In this document: one piece after another, positions 52,572 through 61,577 of the stretch | Position numbering within the stretch: the first letter of the stretch is position 1 | Layout: each line of letters begins with the position of its first letter | Sequence record: PZ357121.2 | Origin: a phage | DNA length: 64,000 nucleotides | Strand: one strand, 5' to 3' | Program-made: the position numbers and the translations under genes | Notes under the pieces: model-generated | Database searches by the model: none | The model's input: only the letters and a program-made list of their open reading frames with translations | What the model was told of the DNA's origin: nothing

Positions 52572-52760
52572 TCATTTCCAAGGACTCCATGGTGGAGGGT
52601 CGTCATAATAAGAGGCAAGGTCTTTCAGGGCTTCAACAGGTAAACTAAAGCCGTGACGTTGTATAATACTATCTAGTTCATCAACAAGTTCACTACGATG
52701 CACTTTAGGAGCCTCAACTTCGGGCTCATCAAACATACTCATCAAGTCCATATTATTCAC
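52572..52760 (-). CDS. hypothetical protein
   Basis: 62-aa acidic ORF. Confidence 0.4.
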   Translation of the reverse strand: MNNMDLMSMFDEPEVEAPKVHRSELVDELDSIIQRHGFSLPVEALKDLASYYDDPPPWSPWK

Positions 52761-53217
52761 CGAGATAAAAACTAGCAGGTTCAGAGAATGTTTCTAGTGC
52801 TACACCTTTTGTCTTAAAAAATTTCCAAATAGCCCGTTGCAAGTGGATTAAATCTGCTAATGATGTAATAAAGTATTTTTTGGCAAAATACTTATGGTCT
52901 CGCTTTTCAAACAAGTCTAAACGCTTTTCAGGATTCACATAAACTGCATTTTCCGTGGATTCATAACCTAAGTCCTTTATGCCTTCTTCAAGACTAAACG
53001 GAGAATTTTTAGAATGAGTAATAGCTCCAACTCGCTCTACACGAATTTTGTAACCTTTAGGAATCTGCAATTTACAGAATTCTTCTACGATATATTGCGG
53101 ATTATTTAGACTTTTGTTAATGAGAATAGCTATTTCTAGTGGAGTCTTATCTTCTACTGGTATATGTTTAAACGACTTGGCTTCAAGCAAATACATTTTA
53201 AATAACATAGCATCCAT
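52753..53217 (-). CDS. hypothetical protein (mrh-region)
   Basis: 154-aa ORF. Confidence 0.5.
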   Translation of the reverse strand: MDAMLFKMYLLEAKSFKHIPVEDKTPLEIAILINKSLNNPQYIVEEFCKLQIPKGYKIRVERVGAITHSKNSPFSLEEGIKDLGYESTENAVYVNPEKRLDLFEKRDHKYFAKKYFITSLADLIHLQRAIWKFFKTKGVALETFSEPASFYLGE

Positions 53218-53392
53218 TATAATTTCCTCGATGGTTCACCCATATAAAGTTTTACAATACGTTCGCCTTCATCTTCGATGAGCTTCTCTTCGTGTTTCTG
53301 GAATTCTTTAGCCATATTCTCTTCAAGAACATCCAGCCAATCTTCTGGTTCGACTCCATCATTCCAGCTTTTAAACCATTTTACTATTTTGT

Positions 53393-53716
53393 TCATTCAC
53401 AGCTTCCTGAGCTTGAACCACAATCAGAATAACTTGACCCAGAATCACCAGGCCAAGACGATACATATGAATGATTATAATCGGAAGAGCTTGAAGCATT
53501 AACCTGTTTTGTTTTTGGACGAACAACTTCTTCCATCATTCCGTCACCGTTATATTCCCAACTTTTTTCATGTGTATCAGGAATAGGCATCATACCTTCG
53601 CCTGGATTAACAGCAAACAACTTCTTCAGCATCGTAAGCATTAATTGTTCCTCGAACAAAACGAACACCACCATCATCCCAACGAATTTCGGCATTAAAT
53701 TTGACGTCTTCACCAT
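53393..53716 (-). CDS. hypothetical Ser-rich protein
   Basis: ORF with a C-terminal S/G/C-rich tail; track start probably over-extended (internal ATG near 53641). Confidence 0.4.
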   Translation of the reverse strand: MVKTSNLMPKFVGMMVVFVLFEEQLMLTMLKKLFAVNPGEGMMPIPDTHEKSWEYNGDGMMEEVVRPKTKQVNASSSSDYNHSYVSSWPGDSGSSYSDCGSSSGSCE

Positions 53717-53834
53717 CCATCATGAATGAGTGTACGACTACATCATCATAGTATCCAAGACCGTATTTCAACGAAACTTCTTGAGCAATCAAAGCCCCTA
53801 ATGTGTTATTAGGTTTAATCCAACGATTTAACAT
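53607..53834 (-). CDS. hypothetical protein
   Basis: Track ORF 53607-53903 begins with TTG; ATG at 53834 (MLNRWIKP...) with GAGGAG RBS gives 75 aa. Confidence 0.45.
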   Translation of the reverse strand: MLNRWIKPNNTLGALIAQEVSLKYGLGYYDDVVVHSFMMDGEDVKFNAEIRWDDGGVRFVRGTINAYDAEEVVCC

Positions 53835-53901
53835 ATTGTTCTCCTCTTGAGTAAGTAAGAATATCTTAACACAGTTTTTAGTGGTTGTAAACTGTAGAAA
53901 C

Positions 53902-53932
53902 AAAAAAAAAAAGGAATCCCGAAGGATTCCTT
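53902..53932 (-). terminator. intrinsic terminator downstream of soc
   Basis: aaggaatcccgaaggattcctt followed on the minus strand by a run of about 10 T. Confidence 0.65.
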
Positions 53933-53939
53933 AAATTAT

Positions 53940-54176
53940 TTAACCACTTACTGGTGTAGGGGTAAACATTGCAGCGTTCTTAGTTTTCCAGGCAGCCGCA
54001 TCAGAAACTACAGTAGAATAAGCTGCCTTTTCTGATGGAAAGATTTGGTAATGAGAATCTGCAATCCGATGTTCGTTTGAATAAATCTCAAACGGCACAG
54101 AAACTTCCATACCTTTAACTTCTTTGCCTTCACCAGCAGGATGCGTAAAGGTTTTGATGTTTACATAACCACCCAT
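53940..54176 (-). CDS. soc: small outer capsid protein Soc
   Basis: 78 aa, similar to T4 Soc (GYVNIKTF..., HYQIFPSEKAAYSTV). Confidence 0.85.
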   Translation of the reverse strand: MGGYVNIKTFTHPAGEGKEVKGMEVSVPFEIYSNEHRIADSHYQIFPSEKAAYSTVVSDAAAWKTKNAAMFTPTPVSG

Positions 54177-54207
54177 AATTAACTCCTTTGTTGTTTAATT
54201 ACAGGTG

Positions 54208-54215
54208 TATTTATA
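54208..54215 (-). promoter_or_regulatory. T4 late promoter (TATAAATA) for soc
   Basis: TATAAATA on minus about 30 nt upstream of the soc ATG. Confidence 0.5.
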
Positions 54216-54221
54216 ACTTAA

Positions 54222-54743
54222 TCAGTAACCATTATCCTGGCGTTCAAAGTTGTGTTGGTTTTTCAAGTAGTAAAGTTTAAAGATTTCTTCAGCGGAAAGA
54301 CCCAGACCTTGGAACATGTTCAGGACAAAGTGCAGAATATCAATCATCTCGAATTTAATTTCAAGCTGGTCTTCAGGAGACAGTTCATCGATACGACGAT
54401 TTCGATATTCAGCATGTTGAGCTTTCCACGGCTTCCATACAGAGCTAGCGGCTTTTTCACCATTGCTCATACCACCAAGTGAAGTCAACAGTTCACGGAA
54501 TTCATCATCAATATAATCTTTCTGATTACGCAGCCAATCAACAACATCACCAGCAGTGGCTAATTCATCGGGATGTTTGTTATGTTCAGGCTTGTCATTT
54601 GCCAGACGAACCTGTAAAGATTTCTGCATATCAAGCATTACCTGCAGAGGGTCTTTATCTTCGTGAATCAGAGCATTAAAATAAGCTTCTTCTGCTTTAT
54701 CAACACCAGAAATAAGTTGTGAACATTCGTTAAAGTGCGCCAT
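54222..54743 (-). CDS. 56: dCTPase / dUTPase gp56
   Basis: ATG at 54743 (MAHFNE... as in T4 gp56) with AAGGAAAAA RBS; the track ORF extends 5 codons further to 54758. Confidence 0.9.
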   Translation of the reverse strand: MAHFNECSQLISGVDKAEEAYFNALIHEDKDPLQVMLDMQKSLQVRLANDKPEHNKHPDELATAGDVVDWLRNQKDYIDDEFRELLTSLGGMSNGEKAASSVWKPWKAQHAEYRNRRIDELSPEDQLEIKFEMIDILHFVLNMFQGLGLSAEEIFKLYYLKNQHNFERQDNGY

Positions 54744-54833
54744 TATTTTTCCTTTCAATTCAGTATAAGAGAGTTTAATTCTAACATTAATTTTATAAAG
54801 CGTAATAAATAATAAGGTAACTAAGGAGATATT

Positions 54834-55031
54834 ATGTTTAAACTTCCATCGTTAATCAACGCTATTAAAGGCAATAAAAAGAAAACTGCTATCGCTGCAA
54901 TAGTTGTAGGTGGCATTATTTCGTGGAACTTCGGGATTGCGCCATTGTTAGTTGCCCATGGTGTTATGGTTCCTTCTGTTCCATTGGATACTGTAGTTGA
55001 TTTGGCCTTTGCTATTATAGGGCTTGTTTAA
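54834..55031 (+). CDS. small membrane protein on the opposite strand
   Basis: 65 aa with strong AAGGAG RBS and two hydrophobic segments; convergent with gene 61. Confidence 0.4.
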   Translation: MFKLPSLINAIKGNKKKTAIAAIVVGGIISWNFGIAPLLVAHGVMVPSVPLDTVVDLAFAIIGLV

Positions 55032-56050
55032 ATCTTAGAATAACGAGATAATCTCATTTTAGCATGCAACCCACTTGAAATATTCTGTTTCATATATTCT
55101 AAAATTTCTTGTGGTGTTGCATTTTCTTTCATTACCATATCATTCACATCCTTTGATCTCCACGGAGCTCGGTCCCAGAACATGACACGTTCGCCTGCAT
55201 CAACTAATCGCTTCATGCGAGCTATAGTATCTGGATGCCTAGGTTCATTATCCATTACCCATACCCTACGTTCTTTAAATGGTACCACATCTAAATCTAT
55301 TGAGCCGCCTGTAATAGCGATTGCATTGGGTATGAATAAACTATCAATAGGGCCTTCCATTACCCAGACGTCTCCTTCCTTAACACGTTCAACACCATAA
55401 ATTTTTGTTGCAGACTCAAACGCTTTAATAGTGATATATTTCTGAGGAGCATCTTTACGAAGTGCACGTCCTTGGAATGACTCAGCCTTCCCATCTTTAT
55501 TAAAAATAGGAATCACTAAACGTGGTTCGGGAATCTCTTTCTTATACGTACCAGGTTGAATCTTGTTGACCAATTTAGGCCATTCTAATGTGAACCATAG
55601 TCTATTCCATGATTCTTTAGGAATACACCGAGACTTAACATATTTCACAATAGGATGCTCTTCTGGCAGTTTGTCCAGGCGAGAACAAGACGGCAAAGAA
55701 TTTATAGTCTTTTTCTCTGGCTCCGGCTTAGCTTCAGGAACCTTTTCAATCTTTGGTTCCATTCTAGCTTTTTCTTTACGAACTTCCATTAGATATTCGC
55801 GATAAAGCTCTTCATCATATTCTTTTAAGTATCCGGAAATTGTATTGTGGTATTGGCAGTTATAGCAATGTACATTACCAGGAGTACCGCCATAATACCA
55901 ACCGCGAGCTTTCATTGCATCTGTCTGGGAGTCGCCACAAACTGGACATCGAAATGTTAATTTAAATGTGCTTGAATTATTGATTTGTCTAAAACGAGGT
56001 AGGTGAGAAAACGCACGATAAGCAAATTCATTATCTATCCATTCAGCCAT
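55028..56050 (-). CDS. 61: DNA primase gp61
   Basis: 340 aa (T4 gp61 342 aa), N-terminal zinc ribbon CPVCGDS...CYNC and Toprim region. Confidence 0.9.
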   Translation of the reverse strand: MAEWIDNEFAYRAFSHLPRFRQINNSSTFKLTFRCPVCGDSQTDAMKARGWYYGGTPGNVHCYNCQYHNTISGYLKEYDEELYREYLMEVRKEKARMEPKIEKVPEAKPEPEKKTINSLPSCSRLDKLPEEHPIVKYVKSRCIPKESWNRLWFTLEWPKLVNKIQPGTYKKEIPEPRLVIPIFNKDGKAESFQGRALRKDAPQKYITIKAFESATKIYGVERVKEGDVWVMEGPIDSLFIPNAIAITGGSIDLDVVPFKERRVWVMDNEPRHPDTIARMKRLVDAGERVMFWDRAPWRSKDVNDMVMKENATPQEILEYMKQNISSGLHAKMRLSRYSKI

Positions 56051-56089
56051 AGTATTCTCCAGAGGCCTTAAATTAATAAGGCCATCATA

Positions 56090-56584
56090 TCACAACTTAT
56101 TAATATTTACTTTAATTCGCTTTCTTTTCTTGGAAGGAATTTGTTCTGGACCTTTATTTACTACTGCACCTGTAGTTGTTCCTGATGCAATAGCTTGAGG
56201 GTTGCCACCTGAATCACCAGCAACCATATCCTCAAATAAAGGGAGTTCTTTAAATATTTCTTTCTGCTGTTCTTCCGTAATGTTATAGCGTGAAGCTACA
56301 GCACTCCAGGCAGACATCATTGAGGCCATTCCATTAAGACCTGGAACAGTGCTCATCATTCGCTTCATTGAACGAACTGAAGCATGAAAAGGTGTATAAG
56401 CCGCTTTCTCTTCAGGAGTGGAAGGGCGTTTAAGAACACTTCCACGTTCATCGATGATTTTGGCTTCGTATGCTTTCCATTCGGTAAAAGGTTTTTGCAT
56501 TAGTCGAATAAACTTATATGCATAAACAGAATCTATTGCAGTGTTAATAATACCCATAGGTACCTCCTGAGTATATTTAATCAA
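56090..56584 (-). CDS. hypothetical protein
   Basis: 164-aa ORF upstream of primase. Confidence 0.5.
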   Translation of the reverse strand: MIKYTQEVPMGIINTAIDSVYAYKFIRLMQKPFTEWKAYEAKIIDERGSVLKRPSTPEEKAAYTPFHASVRSMKRMMSTVPGLNGMASMMSAWSAVASRYNITEEQQKEIFKELPLFEDMVAGDSGGNPQAIASGTTTGAVVNKGPEQIPSKKRKRIKVNINKL

Positions 56585-56774
56585 TTACAAAGATTGCTTT
56601 GTCACCATTTATATCTGTGACTTCATACGTAGTGCCTTCATACTGTGGAATATTCCAAATTACACCATCATTAGCTTTTACGCTAATATGGCATTGGTGT
56701 TTTGAAACAACTTCATAATCTTCAAAACTTGTAAAAACACTAATTTTAGAACCCGTGCAAATTGCAGTAGTCAT
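56577..56774 (-). CDS. hypothetical protein
   Basis: 65-aa ORF. Confidence 0.45.
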   Translation of the reverse strand: MTTAICTGSKISVFTSFEDYEVVSKHQCHISVKANDGVIWNIPQYEGTTYEVTDINGDKAIFVID

Positions 56775-56775
56775 T

Positions 56776-57435
56776 TTAACCTCGATTCATAAATGCATTA
56801 AATATTTGGTCATCAACAGAAATTTCTAATTCGACTTCAATTGCTTCAGCCTTTTCTTCAGGTGGTAATTCGTATCCACACACTACAATTTTTTCATCGA
56901 TATCAAAATATACAGAAGCAATATGATTAATGTTATTTTCGGTTAAGTCTAAATCAACATCAACATCTTTTTGACCTACACTTAAAGGATAACTAATACG
57001 GGTTATTTTATTATCTTTAACAAAGAGTCCGCCAACATACTCTGTACTACGTTTGAAGTTTACACGTTTCCGAAATGAAAGATATGATGCATCTTTACCG
57101 TGAGCTCGGCTCATAGGACATAATGAATAGCTAGAATAAGAGATGTCAAATCCTACGCCTTCAATATGAGCCAACGTGTCATGAGTAAACCAATTATAAT
57201 CATATGCCAAATCCATTATATTGTAATATGTGAAAGGCACAGGATTAACATCATATGTTGTACCTTTAAAATCTGCCCAGGCAACGATTTCATTATCTTT
57301 AACAATTACAAAAATTACACCAATATGGTATCCGTTATTATTTTCATTCGGCGTTATATTATAACATTGTGCATTAGGAAATTTACCATATTTAAATGGT
57401 GCGTTTTTGTGCATGTAATAAATCATATTATTCAC
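56776..57435 (-). CDS. hypothetical protein
   Basis: 219-aa ORF (61.2-like position next to sp). Confidence 0.5.
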   Translation of the reverse strand: MNNMIYYMHKNAPFKYGKFPNAQCYNITPNENNNGYHIGVIFVIVKDNEIVAWADFKGTTYDVNPVPFTYYNIMDLAYDYNWFTHDTLAHIEGVGFDISYSSYSLCPMSRAHGKDASYLSFRKRVNFKRSTEYVGGLFVKDNKITRISYPLSVGQKDVDVDLDLTENNINHIASVYFDIDEKIVVCGYELPPEEKAEAIEVELEISVDDQIFNAFMNRG

Positions 57436-57721
57436 CTGTGATTTCGGTTACGATATCTTTGTTATCGAAATTAGGGTCACAATACAAAACATAGTTGTAC
57501 TGCATGATACCGCCAGACTTAAGTTGTTCAACAACTTTATTAACCATATTAGGACGGTCTCGTTTAGTGATGTTCATGATATCAGAGAAGATTTGTTGTT
57601 CAACATCTTCTTGATTTGCAGTCATTGACCACTCACAGAGGTCTTTATCATAACCTGCTGTAACTGGAGCCGGTGCACATGATACTGCAAGTAAGATTGC
57701 TGCCAATGATAACTTTTTCAT
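57428..57721 (-). CDS. sp: Spackle periplasmic protein
   Basis: 97 aa with signal peptide and strong similarity to T4 Sp (GYDKDLCEWSMTA...QYNYVLYCD). Confidence 0.85.
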   Translation of the reverse strand: MKKLSLAAILLAVSCAPAPVTAGYDKDLCEWSMTANQEDVEQQIFSDIMNITKRDRPNMVNKVVEQLKSGGIMQYNYVLYCDPNFDNKDIVTEITGE

Positions 57722-57784
57722 TTTAACTCCTTAGTTGATTTGATAGGACTACTATACTATAGTCCATTTATAATGTAAACAACT

Positions 57785-58033
57785 TTATTCTTTTTCGCGA
57801 ATAATAATTACTTGTTGAGGCTGCTGAGCAGATTTCTTTTCGGCAACGATAGACCAAATTAAAGTTCCAATCCAACCAATCATCGTCCAGTTAAAGAGTA
57901 AAGATACAAAGAAGATTGCCGTTGTGCTTTTTGTGCCACGAATAAGTGCGATTACCCAAGGCAACATGTAAATGATGATTGAACCAATACCTGCGATTAA
58001 AACTGCTACTGAACTAGCCACGAATAATTCCAT
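57785..58033 (-). CDS. small membrane protein
   Basis: 82 aa with two or three hydrophobic helices. Confidence 0.5.
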   Translation of the reverse strand: MELFVASSVAVLIAGIGSIIIYMLPWVIALIRGTKSTTAIFFVSLLFNWTMIGWIGTLIWSIVAEKKSAQQPQQVIIIREKE

Positions 58034-58094
58034 GTTAATTTCCTCTTGATTTGTTATGTTTATAGTATCTTATTTTAACTTTGGTGTAAACCAA

Positions 58095-58463
58095 TTAATT
58101 AAATTTGTTTAAACGTTCAATACACTGGACGTAGTTATTTGCGATTTGTTTCTGGGTAGGCTCTTTACCAGTTGTTTCAACATAGCGAATGAATGCGATT
58201 TCAGTAGCCTGTAAGCAATGTTCTTTAACGCGCTGTTCTTTTGACATAGCTACAGTATCGGAATCACGATAACGTTGAGCATGAGCATCAGCTTGAATCA
58301 TTCGATTACCTACAGTAACCGGGTCTTCCACTTCAACTTTAGGTTGTTCATACTGTTTAACATTCGGATTGTAAATCAGTTGGCCGACGTTATTAGGAAT
58401 AAAGCCATGGGCACCACATCCGGTTAATCCAAATACCATTGCTAAAGCGATTAATTTTTTCAT
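58095..58463 (-). CDS. putative lipoprotein
   Basis: Signal peptide with lipobox LTGC (MKKLIALAMVFGLTGCG). Confidence 0.5.
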   Translation of the reverse strand: MKKLIALAMVFGLTGCGAHGFIPNNVGQLIYNPNVKQYEQPKVEVEDPVTVGNRMIQADAHAQRYRDSDTVAMSKEQRVKEHCLQATEIAFIRYVETTGKEPTQKQIANNYVQCIERLNKFN

Positions 58464-58523
58464 TTCAATTTCCTCTGTAGTTGATAGAAAGATAGTAACA
58501 CAGTATGTGGGGCTTGTAAACAG

Positions 58524-58781
58524 TTATTTTAAACTTTTGCGAAATTTGCGTTTTTCTTGACGAATCTGTCGTTTAGTCGGACGTACAGCAAATTTAACGA
58601 AGTCCACTTTGCCGTGTGGAAACTTTTCAGATGCTTCACAGTCCATCATTAGTTCCCATCCTTCCAGAATAAGAGCTTTCCATTGTGTAGTTGATGCAAA
58701 TTCGTATGTTGATGGTTTAAACACAGTTGAATACATATTATCCTCTGAAATCAGCTTCGAAAACTTTCTCGTCATTAACAA
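58524..58781 (-). CDS. hypothetical protein
   Basis: 85-aa ORF overlapping the 3' end of dmd; start uncertain. Confidence 0.4.
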   Translation of the reverse strand: MLMTRKFSKLISEDNMYSTVFKPSTYEFASTTQWKALILEGWELMMDCEASEKFPHGKVDFVKFAVRPTKRQIRQEKRKFRKSLK

Positions 58782-58929
58782 ATGCTTTAACTAATGCGTT
58801 GTTCACTTCAGCAAGTTGTACCGCAACCCACTCGATTTCTTCACGGTCGCCTGATAACATGATATCTTTAGTGAACGTATTATCATTTTTAAACCAGCCA
58901 ATAAAAGTAACTTTAGTTAATTTGCTCAT
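58738..58929 (-). CDS. dmd: Dmd antitoxin (inhibitor of host RnlA/LsoA toxins)
   Basis: ATG at 58929 with GAGGAAAT RBS gives 63 aa (MSKLTKVTFIGWFKNDNTFTKDI...ALVKAFVNDEKV), resembling T4 Dmd as I recall it. Confidence 0.7.
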   Translation of the reverse strand: MSKLTKVTFIGWFKNDNTFTKDIMLSGDREEIEWVAVQLAEVNNALVKAFVNDEKVFEADFRG

Positions 58930-59243
58930 ATTTCCTCGCAAAATGCCCATTCAGCGTGATAAACTGTAGCACCTTTAGTATTATTCATTTGAACTACATC
59001 TACCGGAGAAATTACTCGATAGAGACGTGGTTCACCTCCATAAGAGCGTGCTGCTCGTCCTGCATAAATCTTTGCTAAACCGATATCTTCGGTAAAGAAT
59101 ACACGATCCAAGTTTTTCTTACGTCCTGTTTCAGACAGAACTCCTGTTTCTTCAGGAGGACAAAGCATGTTTTCGATGTTAGCTGAACTACTTGAACCGT
59201 GATAAAAAATCTTAAATTCTGCTTTACAATCGATGGTTTTCAT
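58926..59243 (-). CDS. hypothetical protein translationally coupled to dmd
   Basis: 105 aa; its stop overlaps the dmd ATG (ATGA); contains FYHGSS and a downstream E-rich segment. Confidence 0.5.
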   Translation of the reverse strand: MKTIDCKAEFKIFYHGSSSSANIENMLCPPEETGVLSETGRKKNLDRVFFTEDIGLAKIYAGRAARSYGGEPRLYRVISPVDVVQMNNTKGATVYHAEWAFCEEI

Positions 59244-59298
59244 TTTGTTCTCCAGTAGTTGATAGGTCTATAATAACACAACTACTGGAGAAGTAAAC

Positions 59299-59673
59299 TT
59301 AAAAACGTAATTTAGATATATCTGCGTTGATTTCGTTTTGGTTTGCGTCGTATGCAATTAAACGAACCGCTTTAGATGGGTCATTCAATGCATAGAAATG
59401 ATGGAACATTGCTCGAACGATATCACCATTTACGAGTTCTACCTGGACAGGAGAACCTTTTTCGAGTTGGAAATGTTCATAAGCTTTGATGGTTCGCAGA
59501 TAATCAAGTTTTTGATTTCCGGCTCCAACAATTTGTACGATACGTTTGCCCATGTTTTCCATACGAGATACAATAGTTTTAGGAGCAAGAATAACGTAGG
59601 TTGCCAGCGGAGAAACTACTTCAACAGTTGTGTTTTCGGTGATTGCAGTAAAAATTGCTTGAGACATATTCAT
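59299..59673 (-). CDS. hypothetical protein
   Basis: 124-aa ORF downstream of gene 41. Confidence 0.5.
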   Translation of the reverse strand: MNMSQAIFTAITENTTVEVVSPLATYVILAPKTIVSRMENMGKRIVQIVGAGNQKLDYLRTIKAYEHFQLEKGSPVQVELVNGDIVRAMFHHFYALNDPSKAVRLIAYDANQNEINADISKLRF

Positions 59674-59738
59674 AATGTTTTCCTCTTGGTTTGTGTAAGT
59701 ACATCATATCATGCCTAGAGGAAGATGTAAACCCCGAA

Positions 59739-59757
59739 AGGAGACCGAAGGTCTCCT
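59739..59757. terminator. GC-rich hairpin (possible bidirectional terminator) after gene 41
   Basis: aggagaccgaaggtctcct; T-run on the plus side and U-rich tract on the minus side. Confidence 0.45.
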
Positions 59758-59762
59758 TTTTA

Positions 59763-61205
59763 TTAAAATTTTAACTCATTGGCTAAGCTATCTAGGTCAG
59801 CACGTGTTGCTTTGGCTTTACCTACGCGTTCCGTACGATTCACCTCTGCCTGACGCATCTGAGCACCTGCGTTTTCATTTACTGTGTTAGGTGTGTTCAT
59901 GCCTTCTTGCTCAATCTCAATCCATTTCTGGTTGCCTTTGCGTACACCCATAAGGAATTTATTCCACTTATTTTTATCACCATATCGTGATTTGATTTGT
60001 TTGATAAGTTGTTGTTCAGCTTGTGCAAGTTCTTCGGTTTCAATTACAGCCAACATGAAATCTGCCGTTGCTGGTAAACCTGCTGATTCTGCAATATCAC
60101 TCATGTTCATATCCGAAGCATCCCATGCTGCACGTCCTACTTGAGCTGCAGTCCATAGAACTGTTTCAGATTCTACTGCTAATGCACGAAGTTCTTCTGC
60201 GATAGCTTTAACTAATGTGTAGCTATTTTCAGTGTAAACTCTGATACGACAAGACCCACAAATACCTAAGTAATCAACCATGATTACAGACGGCACAAAG
60301 TTCTTCTTAAGTTTTAACTCATTAAGCAATGCACGGAATGTATTAGCATTAGCTCCACCAGTAGGATACTGCTTAACTACTAAACGTCCTAATGTGGATT
60401 TTGAACGCCATTTTTCCATCTTGGCTTTATATTCAGCATAAGATACGTTACCATCATCGATATCGTCGAGCGATACGTCAAGCATGTTTGCATCTATACG
60501 CTTAGCACAAACTTCTTCAGCCATTTCCATAGAAATATAAAGAACATTATGACCTGTTTGAAGATAATCTGCAGCAAGTGAACAAAGGCCTAAAGATTTA
60601 CCAACGTTAACGCCTGCCATTAAAACGTTTAGTGTACCGGTTTCAGCACCACCTTTAGTGATTTTATTCAGAATGTTTAATTTGAACGGGACCTTACGTG
60701 CTTTGTTCAGATAAGAAAGCCAGCGTGCTTCATAGTCTTCCATCCAGTCGTGTCCAACATAACTATCAAACGAAATTGAAAGTGCTTGACGCATAATATC
60801 AGGAATAGCTCCTACGTCAGGCATTTTCTTGTTACGTTGTTCTGGAGGTAGTTCAGCATTAGACTGAATCTCAATGATTTTGGACGTAGCGTTATACATC
60901 GCTTTTTGCTGGACATATTTCTCAGTTTCTTTAACCAACCATTCGTGGTCTTCAGGAGTATCAGCCAATTTTTCAATTAGGTCTGAAGTTCCTTTATATT
61001 CGGCTTCAGTTAAAGAACTGTTATCTAAAGCCACCTTTAACGCATTGATAGATGGCATTGCATTATATTCGTTAACGTGGCTCTTTATAATTTTAAAGAC
61101 GTTTTTTGCCGGTCCACGCTCAAAATACTCAGAATCCATATAAGGCCAGACCTTAGAAAAATAAGCCTGGTCATATACTAGATGAGACAAAATAATTTCT
61201 ACCAC
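59763..61205 (-). CDS. 41: replicative DNA helicase gp41 (DnaB family)
   Basis: 480 aa, high similarity to T4 gp41 over full length, Walker A GVNVGKS. Confidence 0.95.
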   Translation of the reverse strand: MVEIILSHLVYDQAYFSKVWPYMDSEYFERGPAKNVFKIIKSHVNEYNAMPSINALKVALDNSSLTEAEYKGTSDLIEKLADTPEDHEWLVKETEKYVQQKAMYNATSKIIEIQSNAELPPEQRNKKMPDVGAIPDIMRQALSISFDSYVGHDWMEDYEARWLSYLNKARKVPFKLNILNKITKGGAETGTLNVLMAGVNVGKSLGLCSLAADYLQTGHNVLYISMEMAEEVCAKRIDANMLDVSLDDIDDGNVSYAEYKAKMEKWRSKSTLGRLVVKQYPTGGANANTFRALLNELKLKKNFVPSVIMVDYLGICGSCRIRVYTENSYTLVKAIAEELRALAVESETVLWTAAQVGRAAWDASDMNMSDIAESAGLPATADFMLAVIETEELAQAEQQLIKQIKSRYGDKNKWNKFLMGVRKGNQKWIEIEQEGMNTPNTVNENAGAQMRQAEVNRTERVGKAKATRADLDSLANELKF

Positions 61206-61214
61206 GATAACTCC

Positions 61215-61577
61215 TTAAAAGAATTTAAATTTTTTCTTGGTCCGTTCATTAAAAGCTTGTTGTACTTGCATTGTAACACATTTTTCAACATGTGGTGCAA
61301 GTTCTGCTTTTCTGTCCTGGTCAAGAACTGCAAAGTCCATTACGATTTTACCATCAACCCAGTCTAGTTTTGTAATATAGACTATATGATGAGAACCATC
61401 TTCAAGTGTAATCAGAATCTCTTGAATGACATTTTCCATTGCTGAACGGATAATTTTAAGAGATTCATTAAACACTCGTTCTTTGCGAATGTCTTCCCCT
61501 TCCGAAGAAGGGGATTCATCAACGATTTCTAGATTTAAATCATCGAGATTATTCATCGAAATCTTCCATTTCGTCAA
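61215..61577 (-). CDS. 40: gp40 head assembly protein
   Basis: T4 gp40-like from MNNLDDLNLEI...; true start probably the internal ATG near 61556. Confidence 0.65.
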   Translation of the reverse strand: MTKWKISMNNLDDLNLEIVDESPSSEGEDIRKERVFNESLKIIRSAMENVIQEILITLEDGSHHIVYITKLDWVDGKIVMDFAVLDQDRKAELAPHVEKCVTMQVQQAFNERTKKKFKFF

